Part shown: piece after piece, positions 63,341-64,000 of the stretch
Layout: each line of letters opens with the position of its first letter
Numbering within the stretch: position 1 is the first letter of the stretch
DNA from: Octopus bimaculoides
Lineage: Eukaryota
Assembly: GCF_001194135.2 (NCBI RefSeq)
Contig: NC_068981.1
Span: 52,679,225-52,743,224 of the forward strand
DNA length: 64,000 bases
Reading direction: 5' to 3'
Notes under the pieces: model-generated
What the model was told of the DNA's origin: nothing
Database searches by the model: none
The model's input: only the letters and a program-made list of their open reading frames with translations
Program-made: the position numbers and the translations under genes

Positions 63341-64000
63341 GACAGAAGACAGTATCAAATATAAATATGATGGTGGTGGGGCAGTTTGATATGGAAGGAA
63401 GTTGGATAGAAAAACAGCATGAGCAACTCGATGGGACAGTGATAAAGATGTGTCATATTAAGAGAGAATGAGTGAGTGATAAACAGCAACAGAGATGGAA
63501 ACAGTGGGAGATGTAAACAACATGGAAGGGAGAGAATGATAGCTAGTAGGTGATACAAGTGAGTATTAAAATATAGACAGATCTGAAGATATTCCTCATT
63601 AAATTAAGGTTTTCTATTTGTACTCTAGTACTTACAAATAAACTTTTGTTCACTTTGCATAACTCCCTTCTAATCAAATCTATACCATTTCAGTTCATGT
63701 TTTACTTTCCAAGTTTCTTTGAGTTAAATTTAACTTATTTTTTAGACTCATCAGATGCATTTCTGTTTTGATTATATTTAATTGAAGAAACCACTGCACA
63801 TATATAGTTCTTTTGATGTATGAAGAATGCAATTCATTTTTGATATGCTGAGAAACTTTTTAAAATATGGGCAAAAGGAATGAAATATATTTTCAGTCAT
63901 CTGAGTGCCATGCTTTTGAGTTTTTATCTCAACTAAAAGATTTCAGAGTAATTCATTATCAAAAACAAACCTAATTTTCGAAACTAATTTAGTTAGTGCA

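Overview
AT-rich, microsatellite-laden animal genomic DNA from a gapped draft assembly. The repeat families (tRNA-derived SINEs, an RTE-type LINE with a GGAAGGGCATCCAGCTGTAGAAA...(GAT)n tail) look like a coleoid cephalopod, probably Octopus; this is an inference from recalled repeat patterns, not a database hit. The only well-supported host-gene material is the 3' end of a minus-strand gene: two phase-compatible, very proline-rich exons (61307-60741 and 59604-58946) and a plausible poly(A) site near 58345. No protein family could be assigned. Most of the remainder is transposon-derived: a DD36E (Incomer-like) Tc1 element nested in a SINE, a full-length decayed mariner, two DD37D/maT copies sharing one internal deletion, a hAT MITE with perfect 8-bp TSD, a non-autonomous Helitron, a near-full-length decayed RTE LINE, Penelope GIY-YIG and CR1-like RT fragments, many RTE 3' ends with a variable tandem repeat, and several SINE families. 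I found no CRISPR array, rRNA or bona fide tRNA gene, and nothing I can confidently call a new biological system. The most notable items are the DD36E spacing, the modular RTE 3' UTR VNTR, several hairpins/foldbacks, and two weak unassigned exon candidates. Boundaries of decayed repeats are approximate.
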